From positions 128,001 to 192,000 of the forward strand of contig CAWBZI010000005.1 of assembly GCA_963793265.1 (NCBI GenBank): a stretch of DNA of 64,000 nt, given 5' to 3'. This DNA is from an uncultured cyanobacterium. Its GTDB lineage: Bacteria; Cyanobacteriota; Cyanobacteriia; Phormidesmidales; Phormidesmidaceae. Position 1 is the stretch's first letter. Each line of letters starts with the position of its first letter. Of this stretch, positions 1 through 9,673 are shown piece by piece. A model generated the notes under the pieces. The model was not told the DNA's origin and did not search any database. It worked only from the letters and a program-made list of their open reading frames with translations. The position numbers and the translations under genes were made by a program.

Positions 1-507
1 AGCTACCTTTTTTGCAGCGTCTGCGAGCTGGGCTGGCCCCATGTCTAGCGCGGGCGTGTTGATTAGATCGCGCACAAGGTAGGTCGCTTCGGCTGCTGCC
101 GTTACGTACGCCTGATCGACGTTTTTGGGAAAGGCAAGTTCGGGTAGGGCGTTGGCATCTGTTCGCTTGTAGCGGGTGAAGCGGTATTGGCCCAGCGTCC
201 AGCCTAAGCAAAGCTTGTTGGTAATCTCGGCGGGCAAATCGTCGGCTAGCTCGTACTTTTGGGCAGGTAGCGTGTGGGCAAGGCGTCCGAGTGTCCAGGT
301 GTCGAGCGTGTCGGGCTTACCGACCAAAACGCGATCTAGCTCACCGTCAGCAGAGGGCACCAGGCAGTATTTGCCCGCTTGACCTGTAAAACCAGACATT
401 TCTAGCCAAACCGCTTGCTTCGCATAGTCGCGCTTAATTTGAGCTTCATCGACAAAATGTAGGGGGATATTAGCAGGCAAGGATTTGACTCCGAGAAGTT
501 TGATCAC
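1..507 (-). CDS. M17 leucyl aminopeptidase family protein, N-terminal part (runs off the window start)
   Basis: Manual translation from GTG at 507 is open to position 1 and contains LGWTLGQYRFTRYK and VRDLINTPALDMGP, typical of M17 peptidases. Confidence 0.8.
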   Translation of the reverse strand, partial: MIKLLGVKSLPANIPLHFVDEAQIKRDYAKQAVWLEMSGFTGQAGKYCLVPSADGELDRVLVGKPDTLDTWTLGRLAHTLPAQKYELADDLPAEITNKLCLGWTLGQYRFTRYKRTDANALPELAFPKNVDQAYVTAAAEATYLVRDLINTPALDMGPAQLADAAKKVA

Positions 508-553
508 TCTAAACCCTAGCAGAGTTGCCCGTGAGAATATATAGATACAGCAC

Positions 554-590
554 AAAAAAGCGACTGAGGCACTTATACCTCAGTCGCTTT
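554..590 (-). terminator. Intrinsic terminator downstream of the DoxX gene
   Basis: Stem GCGACTGAGG/CCTCAGTCGC with an 8-nt loop and a T-tract on the minus strand. Confidence 0.75.
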
Positions 591-630
591 ACGTTTATTA
601 AGCTAGCTGCCTTTAAAGACTGATTAGAGA

Positions 631-1170
631 CTAGACTTCAGACTTTTGCACGGGATTCTTACCGGCTGGAAACTTGTCTTTGATGCGCATGACTTGCTTA
701 GCTTTTGCGGAGAGTGCAGTGGTGTCGATGCGGTCGGTGAGCAGTGCGTCAAAGGAGAATAGACCTGCGCCGTTAATAGCGAAGTACAAGAAACAAGCTG
801 CGTAGATTGCAGACAGCTCCAGGTAAGGCAGGCTGAGGCCAGCGACTTTGATGTGGTGGTACATTGCCACACACATTGTACTAAACAGGCCGAGCGCAGC
901 GGGGCGAGTAAACAGGCCGACCATGACCAAAGGCGCACCGATTAGCTCAGTGTAGGCTGCGATGTAGCTGAGGAAAATAGGGAATGGAAGGCCGAGGTAG
1001 GCAACGTAGGCTTGCGCAAATCCTTCGATGTCAGCGAGCTTGTCCATGCCGTTGTGGATCATCATGATGCCGAGAACAGCGCGGGCGATCGCAAGGGTCG
1101 TCTGTGAGGCGAGGTTAGCGTTGACGTTGGGCTGAAATATAGTGCCCAGCAGTTTTTTTGCAGAGTTCAT
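631..1170 (-). CDS. DoxX family membrane protein
   Basis: R..LG..M.HNG..KL, ELIG...VGLFTR..A pattern; about four TM segments. Confidence 0.85.
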   Translation of the reverse strand: MNSAKKLLGTIFQPNVNANLASQTTLAIARAVLGIMMIHNGMDKLADIEGFAQAYVAYLGLPFPIFLSYIAAYTELIGAPLVMVGLFTRPAALGLFSTMCVAMYHHIKVAGLSLPYLELSAIYAACFLYFAINGAGLFSFDALLTDRIDTTALSAKAKQVMRIKDKFPAGKNPVQKSEV

Positions 1171-1393
1171 AGGTTATTTATGGTGTGCTAAAGGAGGACG
1201 TGAAGAAATATAAATTATTTCGCGGTGGCTATGTAAATAAGTATAACGATTTACTGCTCATATTGTAAGTAATAAAAAGCGCTAATTGTGTAGCTTTCGC
1301 GACATTTCTCCCTTTCGACGCACTTTTCGGACTCTCATAAATAGAAGTCCATCTGAGAGATTAAGGGAAGTTGGGTTGATTTTTATTAATTTA

Positions 1394-2899
1394 TTACTTT
1401 GGAACTAGGCTGCGAGGCTGAGAAGAGACACAGCTAATTCGGTAGATTGGAGTGTTGGAGGCGGATAGGGCTAGGGTGCTAGCGGCGTGAAAGGGCACAA
1501 AGTCGTAGCCGGTGCCGGAGCGCGTGCCGGTTTCGACCTTTACGAGACGGTCTACCTGGCGGCGATCGCCCGATGGCAGAAAGTTGATTGGCCCAGTCGC
1601 GCTACTCACGCTGAAGTCGGCATTGTCTAAAGCAAGCTTGAGCCCTTCTCGGCTGGGGTCGTCTTGCAGGCCAGCAGCGATCGCAACTACCGCGTCATAG
1701 GCCGTCGCCGTCCGCCAGCTCACATCCCCTTCCCACAAATTCCGAGAGCTAGTGACAAAATCCATTGGTGAATCCTGCGCCAGGATATGCCATGGCACAG
1801 CCACCGTAAGCGCCTGAGAATCTGGCCCGGTTTCTTCTAAAATGCCGCGATTGTACAGCTCATCGCCGCCGAGAATAGGCAGTCGCCTGCGGTTGTAGTT
1901 AATAACATCTGCGGCTTCTTCCATGGTTTCTAAGCTAGCTGCAATCATCAGCGCATCAGCACCTTCTTCAATCGCGTCGTCTTGCACTTCGGGGTCAAAG
2001 CTGTTTTGAGAAAGATCGTACTCACCCATGACCTCGCCGCCCCAAGCCTCAATAAACATCTCAAACTCTTCTTTGAGTGAGTTGCTTAAATCGCTGCTGG
2101 AATCGTAGTAGATAGCGGCATTGGGAAGTTCACGGTAGTAGATCATGTAGGCCGCAAGGGCAGCCGCGGCAAAGCTATCGCTGGGGATGGTGCGATAGAG
2201 ATAGGGGCTAACACCAGAGAGTTCTACGGCGGTGCTCACCGGGGAAACGCTGACTAGCTCGCCAGCTTCATAAACGGGCGCTGTAGCTAGGGTGACATCG
2301 CTTGAGTAGTGGCCGACAACACCCACAATGCTGGGGTCATCTACGAGGGTTGCCGCAATGCCTCGGGCGATCTCTTCGTCGTCGCCATCGTTTACAATCA
2401 CTAGCCTGAGCGGTACGCCGTCAATGCCACCGTTGCGGTTGATGTCGTATTGGGCCTGGGCGGCTCCTCGTAAAATTTCGAGGCCGATATTGCTGGTGCC
2501 GTTGGTGGGAGCGACAACGGCGACGGTGAGCGATCGCTGGTTGGCAATGCGGGCGTTGCTGCGATAGATAAGGGCTTCTGGATCGTTGGGATCTTCGTCT
2601 AGAGAGGTGTTGAGTACGGTGATGGCGCTGGCATAGTTGCCCTGAGCGATCGCGCTGACGGCCTCTCTTTTATCTGCCGATGCCGCTGGAAATAAAATCT
2701 GCTCGCCCGCGCTCACGCGAGAAGTGATTGATTCTGGCAGGCTATTGCTAGAGGCTACGTTCGTGTTTTGCGAGGGCACCTGCACGGCCCGATCGAGCCG
2801 AGAGCTAATCGCCCAGAATATAAGGGATATACCGCCCACTAAGCCAAAGGCAAGCAACGTAGCCAATATGGCAAATCGGCTGTTGTTTTCCTGAGACAT
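1394..2899 (-). CDS. Branched-chain amino acid ABC-type substrate-binding protein with N-terminal TM anchor and TPR-like segment
   Basis: RGAAQAQ..IN..GGI.G..L, VVGHYSSDVT and YDAV motifs of type 1 periplasmic binding proteins; NDPEALIY..NA segment. Confidence 0.8.
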   Translation of the reverse strand: MSQENNSRFAILATLLAFGLVGGISLIFWAISSRLDRAVQVPSQNTNVASSNSLPESITSRVSAGEQILFPAASADKREAVSAIAQGNYASAITVLNTSLDEDPNDPEALIYRSNARIANQRSLTVAVVAPTNGTSNIGLEILRGAAQAQYDINRNGGIDGVPLRLVIVNDGDDEEIARGIAATLVDDPSIVGVVGHYSSDVTLATAPVYEAGELVSVSPVSTAVELSGVSPYLYRTIPSDSFAAAALAAYMIYYRELPNAAIYYDSSSDLSNSLKEEFEMFIEAWGGEVMGEYDLSQNSFDPEVQDDAIEEGADALMIAASLETMEEAADVINYNRRRLPILGGDELYNRGILEETGPDSQALTVAVPWHILAQDSPMDFVTSSRNLWEGDVSWRTATAYDAVVAIAAGLQDDPSREGLKLALDNADFSVSSATGPINFLPSGDRRQVDRLVKVETGTRSGTGYDFVPFHAASTLALSASNTPIYRISCVSSQPRSLVPK

Positions 2900-3134
2900 A
2901 ACCTAATAGCGGCCCCTAAGCAAAGGTGTGATGTTCTTACTAGCGAATCATACCAACTATACGGTGTTTTCGGCTCTCACCGATACGTTGCAATAGTGAT
3001 TGCAATAATACACGTATTTTATTGTTTTGAGAGGATTTACCACGCGTTACGAATGACTTTGCGTCGTTTCTACAGGGTTACAGTTCCGTAACATTATGGA
3101 TTTTCAGGGGGTTTTAGAGCGTGTTCGTACAAAG

Positions 3135-4691
3135 CTACAGCGATAAAGTGCTGAGCATTTTTTGATGATCGCGAACGGGGATTAGGGTGTGAGCTGCGAT
3201 CGCCCCGCTAGCCGCAACAGCCGGTAGGCCGATACCTGGAAAAGTAGAATCACCACAGCACAGCAGACCTTCAATGGGCGTTTTGGGGCCAGGAAAGAGA
3301 GATTTTCCAGCCGCGATCGCAGGCCCATAAGATCCTCGATAGCGCCGCAAATAGCGTTCGTGCGTAAGCGGCGTTCCGGTCAGAGAAAGCGCGACTCTCT
3401 GTCGAATATCAGGTATCACGCGCTCTAGCGCCTGCCACATTACCTGCGATCGCGCCTCTTTTTGATCAGCGTAAGCCTCGCCTGTGCGCGCCAGATACTC
3501 CCACAGCTCATAGGGTTCATTGCCCGGCGTGTACACGTGAATTGCGTGCTTTCCAGGCGGCGCTAGTGACGGGTCAAGCACCGAAGGAATAGAGATCAGA
3601 ATCAAATTTTGAGGGGCTGTAATTCCCTGCGCCCAATCATTAACAACAATGTGATGACAGGCCAAATCGGCGGGTAGCCCTGCGGCCTCAATGCCCAAGT
3701 GCAGATGCATAAAACTCTCGCAGGGTGGCGTAGCCTGTCTTTTTTCAACAAACTTCTCAGGTGCTCCACCGGCTGGAATCAGCTTGAGCGTATCCCACAC
3801 AGACGCATTAGAAACCACCGCCAAGCTAGCCTCAATCATCTCGCCATTACGCAGGCGTACGCCCGTCGCCCTGCCATTCTTCGTATTGATTTGAGTGACG
3901 TGCGCGCCCGTTTTAATCTCTCCTTTGTGCTTGGTAATACCCCGTACCAGCGCCTCTACCAGCGCCGCCGAGCCGCCCATGGGATAGTCGAGCTGAACGC
4001 CGGGTCGATACCAGTCAGCAAACATAAAAGCGACTTCAGCCGTACTCGTGCCGCTCGCAGGCAGTCCTGATAGCAAAAAGCACAGCATGTTTAGCCAGTT
4101 GCGGATAAAGGGATCGGTCACAACTCTATCCATAATGCGGCTGAAAGGCCCAGCCAGCTTAGGCGTATTCGCAGCGTGTTTGAGCAATCTAGGTGCAAAC
4201 GGCCCCACGGTGCGCACCGCTCCCCAGTCAAATCGCACGGCAGCCGTCGGTAGGGCTACCGCCGCACTCGCTAAAGGCTTCATCACCCTTTGCAGCTCCC
4301 GCCATTGGGCTACTGCCTCATCCCCTCGCAGCCGTTGCAAAACATCGCAGAACTGATCGGCTCCTACTGCTGTTTTGAACTCACCTTCGGGCAGGTAACA
4401 GCCCCATGTGTCGTAGTTGGCCCAGGGAATATCTTCATCAATAATGTCTAGCACCTGTCGCAACGGATTAGGCGAAGGGCTGTAGGACATGCCTGAATAT
4501 AAGGAGGGGCCAGAGTCAAACTGATAGCCATCGCGATTGAAGCCGTGAGCTGCGCCACCAAGGAGCGTATGACTTTCGCAAACAGTTACTGTAAGGCCGT
4601 AGTGTGCGAGTAGCGCAGCGCAACAGAGGCCGCCAATACCGCTGCCGATAATCACGACATCCGTTTTCTGTTCTTTGGGTGAGGCGATCAT
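3135..4691 (-). CDS. Phytoene dehydrogenase/carotenoid isomerase-like FAD oxidoreductase
   Basis: GSGIGGL dinucleotide motif, FDSGPSL, and C-terminal CGDSTFPGIGLPAVAASG. Confidence 0.85.
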   Translation of the reverse strand: MIASPKEQKTDVVIIGSGIGGLCCAALLAHYGLTVTVCESHTLLGGAAHGFNRDGYQFDSGPSLYSGMSYSPSPNPLRQVLDIIDEDIPWANYDTWGCYLPEGEFKTAVGADQFCDVLQRLRGDEAVAQWRELQRVMKPLASAAVALPTAAVRFDWGAVRTVGPFAPRLLKHAANTPKLAGPFSRIMDRVVTDPFIRNWLNMLCFLLSGLPASGTSTAEVAFMFADWYRPGVQLDYPMGGSAALVEALVRGITKHKGEIKTGAHVTQINTKNGRATGVRLRNGEMIEASLAVVSNASVWDTLKLIPAGGAPEKFVEKRQATPPCESFMHLHLGIEAAGLPADLACHHIVVNDWAQGITAPQNLILISIPSVLDPSLAPPGKHAIHVYTPGNEPYELWEYLARTGEAYADQKEARSQVMWQALERVIPDIRQRVALSLTGTPLTHERYLRRYRGSYGPAIAAGKSLFPGPKTPIEGLLCCGDSTFPGIGLPAVAASGAIAAHTLIPVRDHQKMLSTLSL

Positions 4692-5041
4692 GAGAGCTTA
4701 GCGATTTTCTCTTCTTCTTTCGCGCGAAAGCCGACCAGAACAGCCTTACCGTCTTTTTCAAAAAGAGGTCGCTTGAGCAGCATAGCGTCTTTTGCAAAAG
4801 CGGTTGTCCACTGCTCATCGCTCCATTCTTTTTTCTCTTCACCAAGGGCGCGATAAGAGAGCCCGGACGTGTTGCGCATAGACTTGGTGGTGAGCGCTTC
4901 AATCCAGGCGGTGATTTGCTCGGCGCTGGGGGGCTGCTCTTTGGTGTTGATAAATTCGTAAGCAATATCTTGTTGCGCTAGCCAGGCCATTGCCTTTTTG
5001 CAGGTGCCGCAGTTAGGAATGCCGTAAACTTTTAGACTCAT
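4688..5041 (-). CDS. ArsC/Spx family protein
   Basis: YGIPNCGTCKKA and LLKRP motifs; start reassigned to the ATG of MSLKVY. Confidence 0.85.
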   Translation of the reverse strand: MSLKVYGIPNCGTCKKAMAWLAQQDIAYEFINTKEQPPSAEQITAWIEALTTKSMRNTSGLSYRALGEEKKEWSDEQWTTAFAKDAMLLKRPLFEKDGKAVLVGFRAKEEEKIAKLS

Positions 5042-5084
5042 GAATTTACCTATAAACCGCCCATAGACCAAGGAGGATAGCACT

Positions 5085-6842
5085 TTATTGAGCGCCTTCA
5101 GGTGACACCGCTGGCGAACTCGGCGTAGAACTTGGGATAGCGCCTGGTACGGTATTCGGCGTAGCGTCAACCGCAGGCGGCTGCGTTCTAGCGGGTCTGA
5201 GCATGGCCTGGGTAAGCGTATCTACAATATAGAGCGGTAAGGGCTGCTGACCGATTTGAACAATAGAGTCGTCGCTCAAAACATTTTTGTAGACTGGGTT
5301 TTCAGAGACTTCTGCCTCTAGAAAGCCTAAGCTGAGCGCTTTGAGGTAGCTGTAGGCAAGCGATATGTCGGCGCTCACTAACTCGTTAGCTAGCGCAATA
5401 TCGGTGCTGCCCTCTAGAGAAGGGAGATCGTAGAGGTGAGAGCCGCCTTGGATGAGCGCTAAATAGTGATCGGGCCGGGTGGTGCCGTCTGCGGTGGGGG
5501 TGTTGAGCCAGGTGAAGGGGCGAATTTGCTCTATTAGCGCGGGGGCGATGGGGTCGCTGCTGCCGGAGATGATTAGGCTGGGAATGTCGATTTGGGCGAA
5601 TCCTGTTGGGCCAAATAGGCTGCTGGTGACAGGATTTATAGCGATTACGGCGTCGATGCGCTCGTCTTGTAGGTCGTCGTCGAACTGCTCAGGATCTAAC
5701 AGGGCGGTGCACTGCAATAGCATGGAAGGATTGGCGGCGGTGTAGATAATCGCTTCTGAGTTGCAGTTGGCTTGCAGGGTGTCGAAGTTGAGCTGTGCGC
5801 CGGATAGGGCGAGGGCCGTGTAGCCGCCGAAGGAGTGGCCAATGATGCCAACTTTGTCGAGGTCAAAGCGATCTGAGAGCGCTCGGCCTGGTTCGTTGAG
5901 CCGGGTGAGTTCGTCTAATAAGTAGGACACGTCGCGGGGGCGATCGCTAAATTCACTGGGCTTAGCAATTTCTCTAGCAGAGCCTTCCAGCAGGGCAATG
6001 AACTGATCGGTATTGCTGCCGGGATGATCAAGGGCGGCGATCGCATAGCCGTAGCTAGCGAGATGCTGGGCTAGTTCGACAAATCCTTTGCGATCGCCTG
6101 CTAGCCCATGAGAGATTACGATCAAAGGCGCGTTGGCTGTTTCGGGTAAATAGAGATCGATAGGCAAGGCACGATTACGCTCTGAATCAGTGAATGTAAG
6201 CGTTTGAATCGTCACTGCCTGCGGCCCTGGCTGAGCCGCATCGGCCAAAACTGAAGGATCTAAACCAACGCGGGAGGTCGGCGTAGCCTGATTTTCGATT
6301 GCCGTCAGAGCGGCCTGCGTGTTTTGAATGAGCTGAGTGAACCCGCCAAACGCTTGAAATGCCCGCCGCGAATCGATCCGAACGCCGCCTGTCGGAAATT
6401 TTTCAAGCACATTTAATAGAGAAAGCCCGTCTGGCTCGGCGGCAGCTAGCACTAGGGCACCCCTTAGCCCTTTGGCTCCGTCTCTACGGCCCTGGGTTTG
6501 AATAATTTCACCCAGGTAGCGCAAAATATTTGAACCGATAGAAGAGTACAGGAATTGAGAAATTGCAACGGGGCTAACGTCTTGTTTAGCGTTGAGAGCG
6601 GCTCGAAACTGCGCCTGCTGCTCTTCGCTCAAAAACCTCAGATAGGGGTCTAGCTCTCTATTCGCCTTGCCTTCCTCAGCGTAGGTTCTTAAGGCTTCTA
6701 CCGACGTAGAAATTTCGACGAATCCATACGTTAGCGTGACCCTTTCAGCGGCGACAGCAGGGGTGGTGGCAAGTACGCCACCTAAGCAAGCGCCGCCTAG
6801 CAGTAGCGAGCGGGCTAACCGACGAGATAGGGGAAGGGCCAT
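5085..6842 (-). CDS. Secreted alpha/beta hydrolase (DUF1400-like N-terminus)
   Basis: Signal peptide ending AVA-AER, SHGLAG, nucleophile motif GHSFGG. Confidence 0.85.
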   Translation of the reverse strand: MALPLSRRLARSLLLGGACLGGVLATTPAVAAERVTLTYGFVEISTSVEALRTYAEEGKANRELDPYLRFLSEEQQAQFRAALNAKQDVSPVAISQFLYSSIGSNILRYLGEIIQTQGRRDGAKGLRGALVLAAAEPDGLSLLNVLEKFPTGGVRIDSRRAFQAFGGFTQLIQNTQAALTAIENQATPTSRVGLDPSVLADAAQPGPQAVTIQTLTFTDSERNRALPIDLYLPETANAPLIVISHGLAGDRKGFVELAQHLASYGYAIAALDHPGSNTDQFIALLEGSAREIAKPSEFSDRPRDVSYLLDELTRLNEPGRALSDRFDLDKVGIIGHSFGGYTALALSGAQLNFDTLQANCNSEAIIYTAANPSMLLQCTALLDPEQFDDDLQDERIDAVIAINPVTSSLFGPTGFAQIDIPSLIISGSSDPIAPALIEQIRPFTWLNTPTADGTTRPDHYLALIQGGSHLYDLPSLEGSTDIALANELVSADISLAYSYLKALSLGFLEAEVSENPVYKNVLSDDSIVQIGQQPLPLYIVDTLTQAMLRPARTQPPAVDATPNTVPGAIPSSTPSSPAVSPEGAQ

Positions 6843-6862
6843 ATGATTTTTTATAGAAGTTG

Positions 6863-6885
6863 CTAAACCAACGGGTTTAGTTTAG
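6863..6885. promoter_or_regulatory. Dyad operator-like site CTAAAC-N11-GTTTAG, copy 1
   Basis: 20/23 identical to the site at 27118-27140; about 20 bp upstream of the hydrolase ATG. Confidence 0.55.
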
Positions 6886-6889
6886 CGAA

Positions 6890-8117
6890 TTAGCGATTGG
6901 GTGAGGGCATAAGGTGGACGGATGCTACGCCCTCGCGCAGACCTTTTTGTTCGTGAAGCCAGATGTTTTGAGCAAAGCGGAAGGGGCCGAAGGTGGTTGC
7001 GATCGCTTTAAATCCCCAGTAAGGCAGTCCCGGCTGCGAAATAAACGCAACCTTGCGCCACTCAGCTAGCTGCATTTTTTGTACTGCTTTGATTTCAGGC
7101 GATCGCTCTGCTTGAATAGCCTCAAACACGTCATCAACGGAATTATCGTCCAGACGCGCAAACTGATTAGCAACAACAATCGCATCGCGCAGACGCCATA
7201 TTGATGCCCTGCGCCCGATTAGGGGCCATTGGGTGAGCCGCATCGCCAATCAGCAACAAACCTGGAACCGTCCACGAGTCACAGCATCCAACCTGCACAT
7301 CTAAATATATTGGCCCTTCTAGCTCGTCTTTGTGCGCCCGGAAGTGACTAGCTAATTCTGCTGGTAAAGCCTGCGAAAACTCTTCTATCCAATCTTTCTC
7401 TTTCAACGCCGCGAGTCCACCCTTCTTATGAGCTTTCTTTTCAACAATCCAGCCAATCTGCAAACGCCCATCCCAGGAGGGATAAAACGCAAACTGCCGG
7501 TCGGGTTGCAAGCATGCGAAGAAAGGCGTTTCTGGTGATAGAGACTCGGGGGCCGGTAGCTTGAACCACAGCACATCAAATTCTGCATCGGACTTTTGAA
7601 GGTTTAGACCAGCTAGCTTACGCAAACAAGAGTAGCGGCCATCGCAGGCGATTACGCAGTCGGCGGCAAAGTCTCTAACTTCACCGTTTTGTGAGGCACG
7701 AAGTCCAACAACTTTATTCTGTTCATTTCGTAATAGTTCGTTTACCTGATAGCCTGTGTGGAGATGGAAGTTATGTAGCTGAGTGGCTTTTTGTGCGATC
7801 GCCTTCAGCAAAGCTCCCTGATCCATAATCTGCGTAGAGAGCCCATCATCCTCTGGCTCCTCTACCCGCATCCGCCGCCGCCCGCCTACATAAAAATCCC
7901 AAGATGTCAGCCGCCGCGATGGAATGCTCTCAAATGTCTCTTTCAATCCCATCTCGTACAGCGCTTCTAACCCAGCAGGCATGAGCCCTTCGCCTCTGAA
8001 GACGCGATCAAAAGCGGTTTCTTTTTCTATCAGGGCTACCTGATGCCCCTGTTGGGCTAGCAATAATGCTGTTGTTATACCGGCTGGGCCTGCGCCAGCG
8101 ATCGCAATGCGTTTCAA
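6890..8117 (-). pseudogene. FAD-dependent monooxygenase (UbiH/PHBH-like) split by a +1 frameshift near 7193
   Basis: GAGPAG, ACDGRYS and GDAAH.M.P..AQGINMA in one frame continue as LRDAIVVAN in another; removing one base (GCG T CTG CGC GAT) restores GINMALRDA. Confidence 0.75.
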
Positions 8118-8210
8118 AATAGTCCAGTCCCCAACAGTTCAGTAAAAACCTATTATTGAACGCATAGCAAGCCCTCTAGCATATTCAAAGGCTTGCTATA
8201 TGCCTCATGG

Positions 8211-8459
8211 TTACATCTTTACACGACGAGTCAACACAACCATGACTTCGTTGCGATCGCCCGTCGGCACAGGCTTACTCCAATCATTAGGCTCGGCGTA
8301 GTTAAGCTTGAACAAAGTGCGGATAGTCGATTGAACCGCATGAAGGGAGCCCCGTATGGTGTGGGTCACAATCTCGGGGCTATCGTCTGAGGGAAATGAG
8401 GAATTGCCGATAGGGGGAACGGTGGACGCAGAGGCGTCCGGGCGGGCTGAAGTAAGCAT
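8211..8459 (-). CDS. 82-aa hypothetical protein, copy 1 (paralog at 48651-48899)
   Basis: Near-identical second copy in the window; differences are mostly synonymous or conservative. Confidence 0.75.
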   Translation of the reverse strand: MLTSARPDASASTVPPIGNSSFPSDDSPEIVTHTIRGSLHAVQSTIRTLFKLNYAEPNDWSKPVPTGDRNEVMVVLTRRVKM

Positions 8460-8680
8460 AGTATTTTCCGTTGTTTTGAGGAAACCAGAACCCCACTAAA
8501 CCAGGCCACCCCGCGAAAATGTAGTGCAAATCGGGGTGGCTAGAGTAAAGTGACTCTAGCCGCCGGGACTGCGTGTTAGTCCGGGGGGTTAGCTATCGGT
8601 AGGTGCTAGTAACACCTATCGATAGTGCTGAGCGAAATCGAGTTCTGGTGAGAACGACTGTGATAGGCATCACAGCTTAG
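8460..8680 (-). ncRNA. Putative structured 5' leader RNA, copy 1
   Basis: At least five hairpins; differences from copy 2 cluster in loops; lies downstream of a sigma70-like promoter. Confidence 0.55.
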
Positions 8681-8685
8681 AGATG

Positions 8686-8714
8686 ACGATAATCTGATTC
8701 TTTGCTGCCGTCAA
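8686..8714 (-). promoter_or_regulatory. sigma70-type promoter TTGACG-N17-TATCGT, copy 1
   Basis: Conserved in both copies with a 17-bp spacer; homology between copies starts just upstream of the -35. Confidence 0.6.
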
Positions 8715-8888
8715 GTGGAATTAAAATAATTGGCGAACCAGAAGACGGCAGTAATTTTATAGCGAGCGGGTCAGCGACGAGTAATCGGGTTGAGTTCAGG
8801 CCCCCTTCTAATCTATCAAGATTGGGCGCTGTAAGATATGAGAAATAAAGGGGAGTACGATGCACGATTATTAACTTAGGAAATCGCA

Positions 8889-9131
8889 ATGCTTAAAAGC
8901 TATGAAGCAATCTATGAAAACGGTCAGGTAAAGTGGCTGGATGGTCAACCGCCCGTGAGTTCGGCGCGCATTATTGTAACGGTATTGGAAGAATCTGCCG
9001 GAAGTGATAGCGCGGTGGTTGAGAAGAATCAGCGACGTGTGCCGCCTGCCTCGATTGCAGGAAAGGGAAAAACGCTAGGTGATATTGTGAGCCCCATTGT
9101 TGCAGAAGACGACTGGGAGTGTCTGAAATAG
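8889..9131 (+). CDS. Putative antitoxin of the adjacent VapC
   Basis: Small ORF (EAIYENG..KW start; GKGK.LGDIV.P....DW end) overlapping a PIN toxin gene. Confidence 0.7.
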   Translation: MLKSYEAIYENGQVKWLDGQPPVSSARIIVTVLEESAGSDSAVVEKNQRRVPPASIAGKGKTLGDIVSPIVAEDDWECLK

Positions 9132-9520
9132 TAGTGCTGGATACGCATATTTGGTTTTGGATGATGACTCAGGAATTTGAGCGATTTCCTACTGACTGGC
9201 AAACGGAAATTAACATAGCCAAGCAAGTAGGCGTGTCGCCAGTATCTTGCTATGAGATTGCGTTGGCTAATAGCAAGGGCCGCTTAGAATTGCCTTGTGC
9301 TGCGGATGAGTGGTTTGAGGCTGCTTTAGAACCTACGGGTATAGATCTGTTGCCGTTGACGGCAGATATCTCCTTTAAAGCAGTAAATTTATCACCTATT
9401 CACAAAGATCCTTTTGACCGAATGATTATTGCAACAGCACTGAGCTACAAAGCTAGATTGGCCAGCGTAGACAGGCTATTCTCTCGATACGATGAGCTAA
9501 AGGACTGCTTAATGGTGTAG
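9119..9520 (+). CDS. vapC: VapC/PIN-domain toxin
   Basis: VLDTHIW, S..EI and HKDPFDRMIIATA PIN motifs. Confidence 0.9.
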   Translation: MSEIVVLDTHIWFWMMTQEFERFPTDWQTEINIAKQVGVSPVSCYEIALANSKGRLELPCAADEWFEAALEPTGIDLLPLTADISFKAVNLSPIHKDPFDRMIIATALSYKARLASVDRLFSRYDELKDCLMV

Positions 9521-9673
9521 TTTATCAATCGCGCTAAGCAAAATGAGGTAGCCGCAAAAATAGAGTTTCGCATTGGATGAAGCAGCTTCAATAGCGGCCT
9601 TAACCAAAGCGATCGCACTCAAGGCTTAAAATATGGCTTGACCAGAAAAAAGCAGCCATATCAGGAACATCTT

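Noticed and set aside
1394..1500. Possible third frameshift giving a C-terminal extension after YDFVP
   Set aside because: Removing one base would give an earlier stop, but this cannot be supported without homolog alignment.
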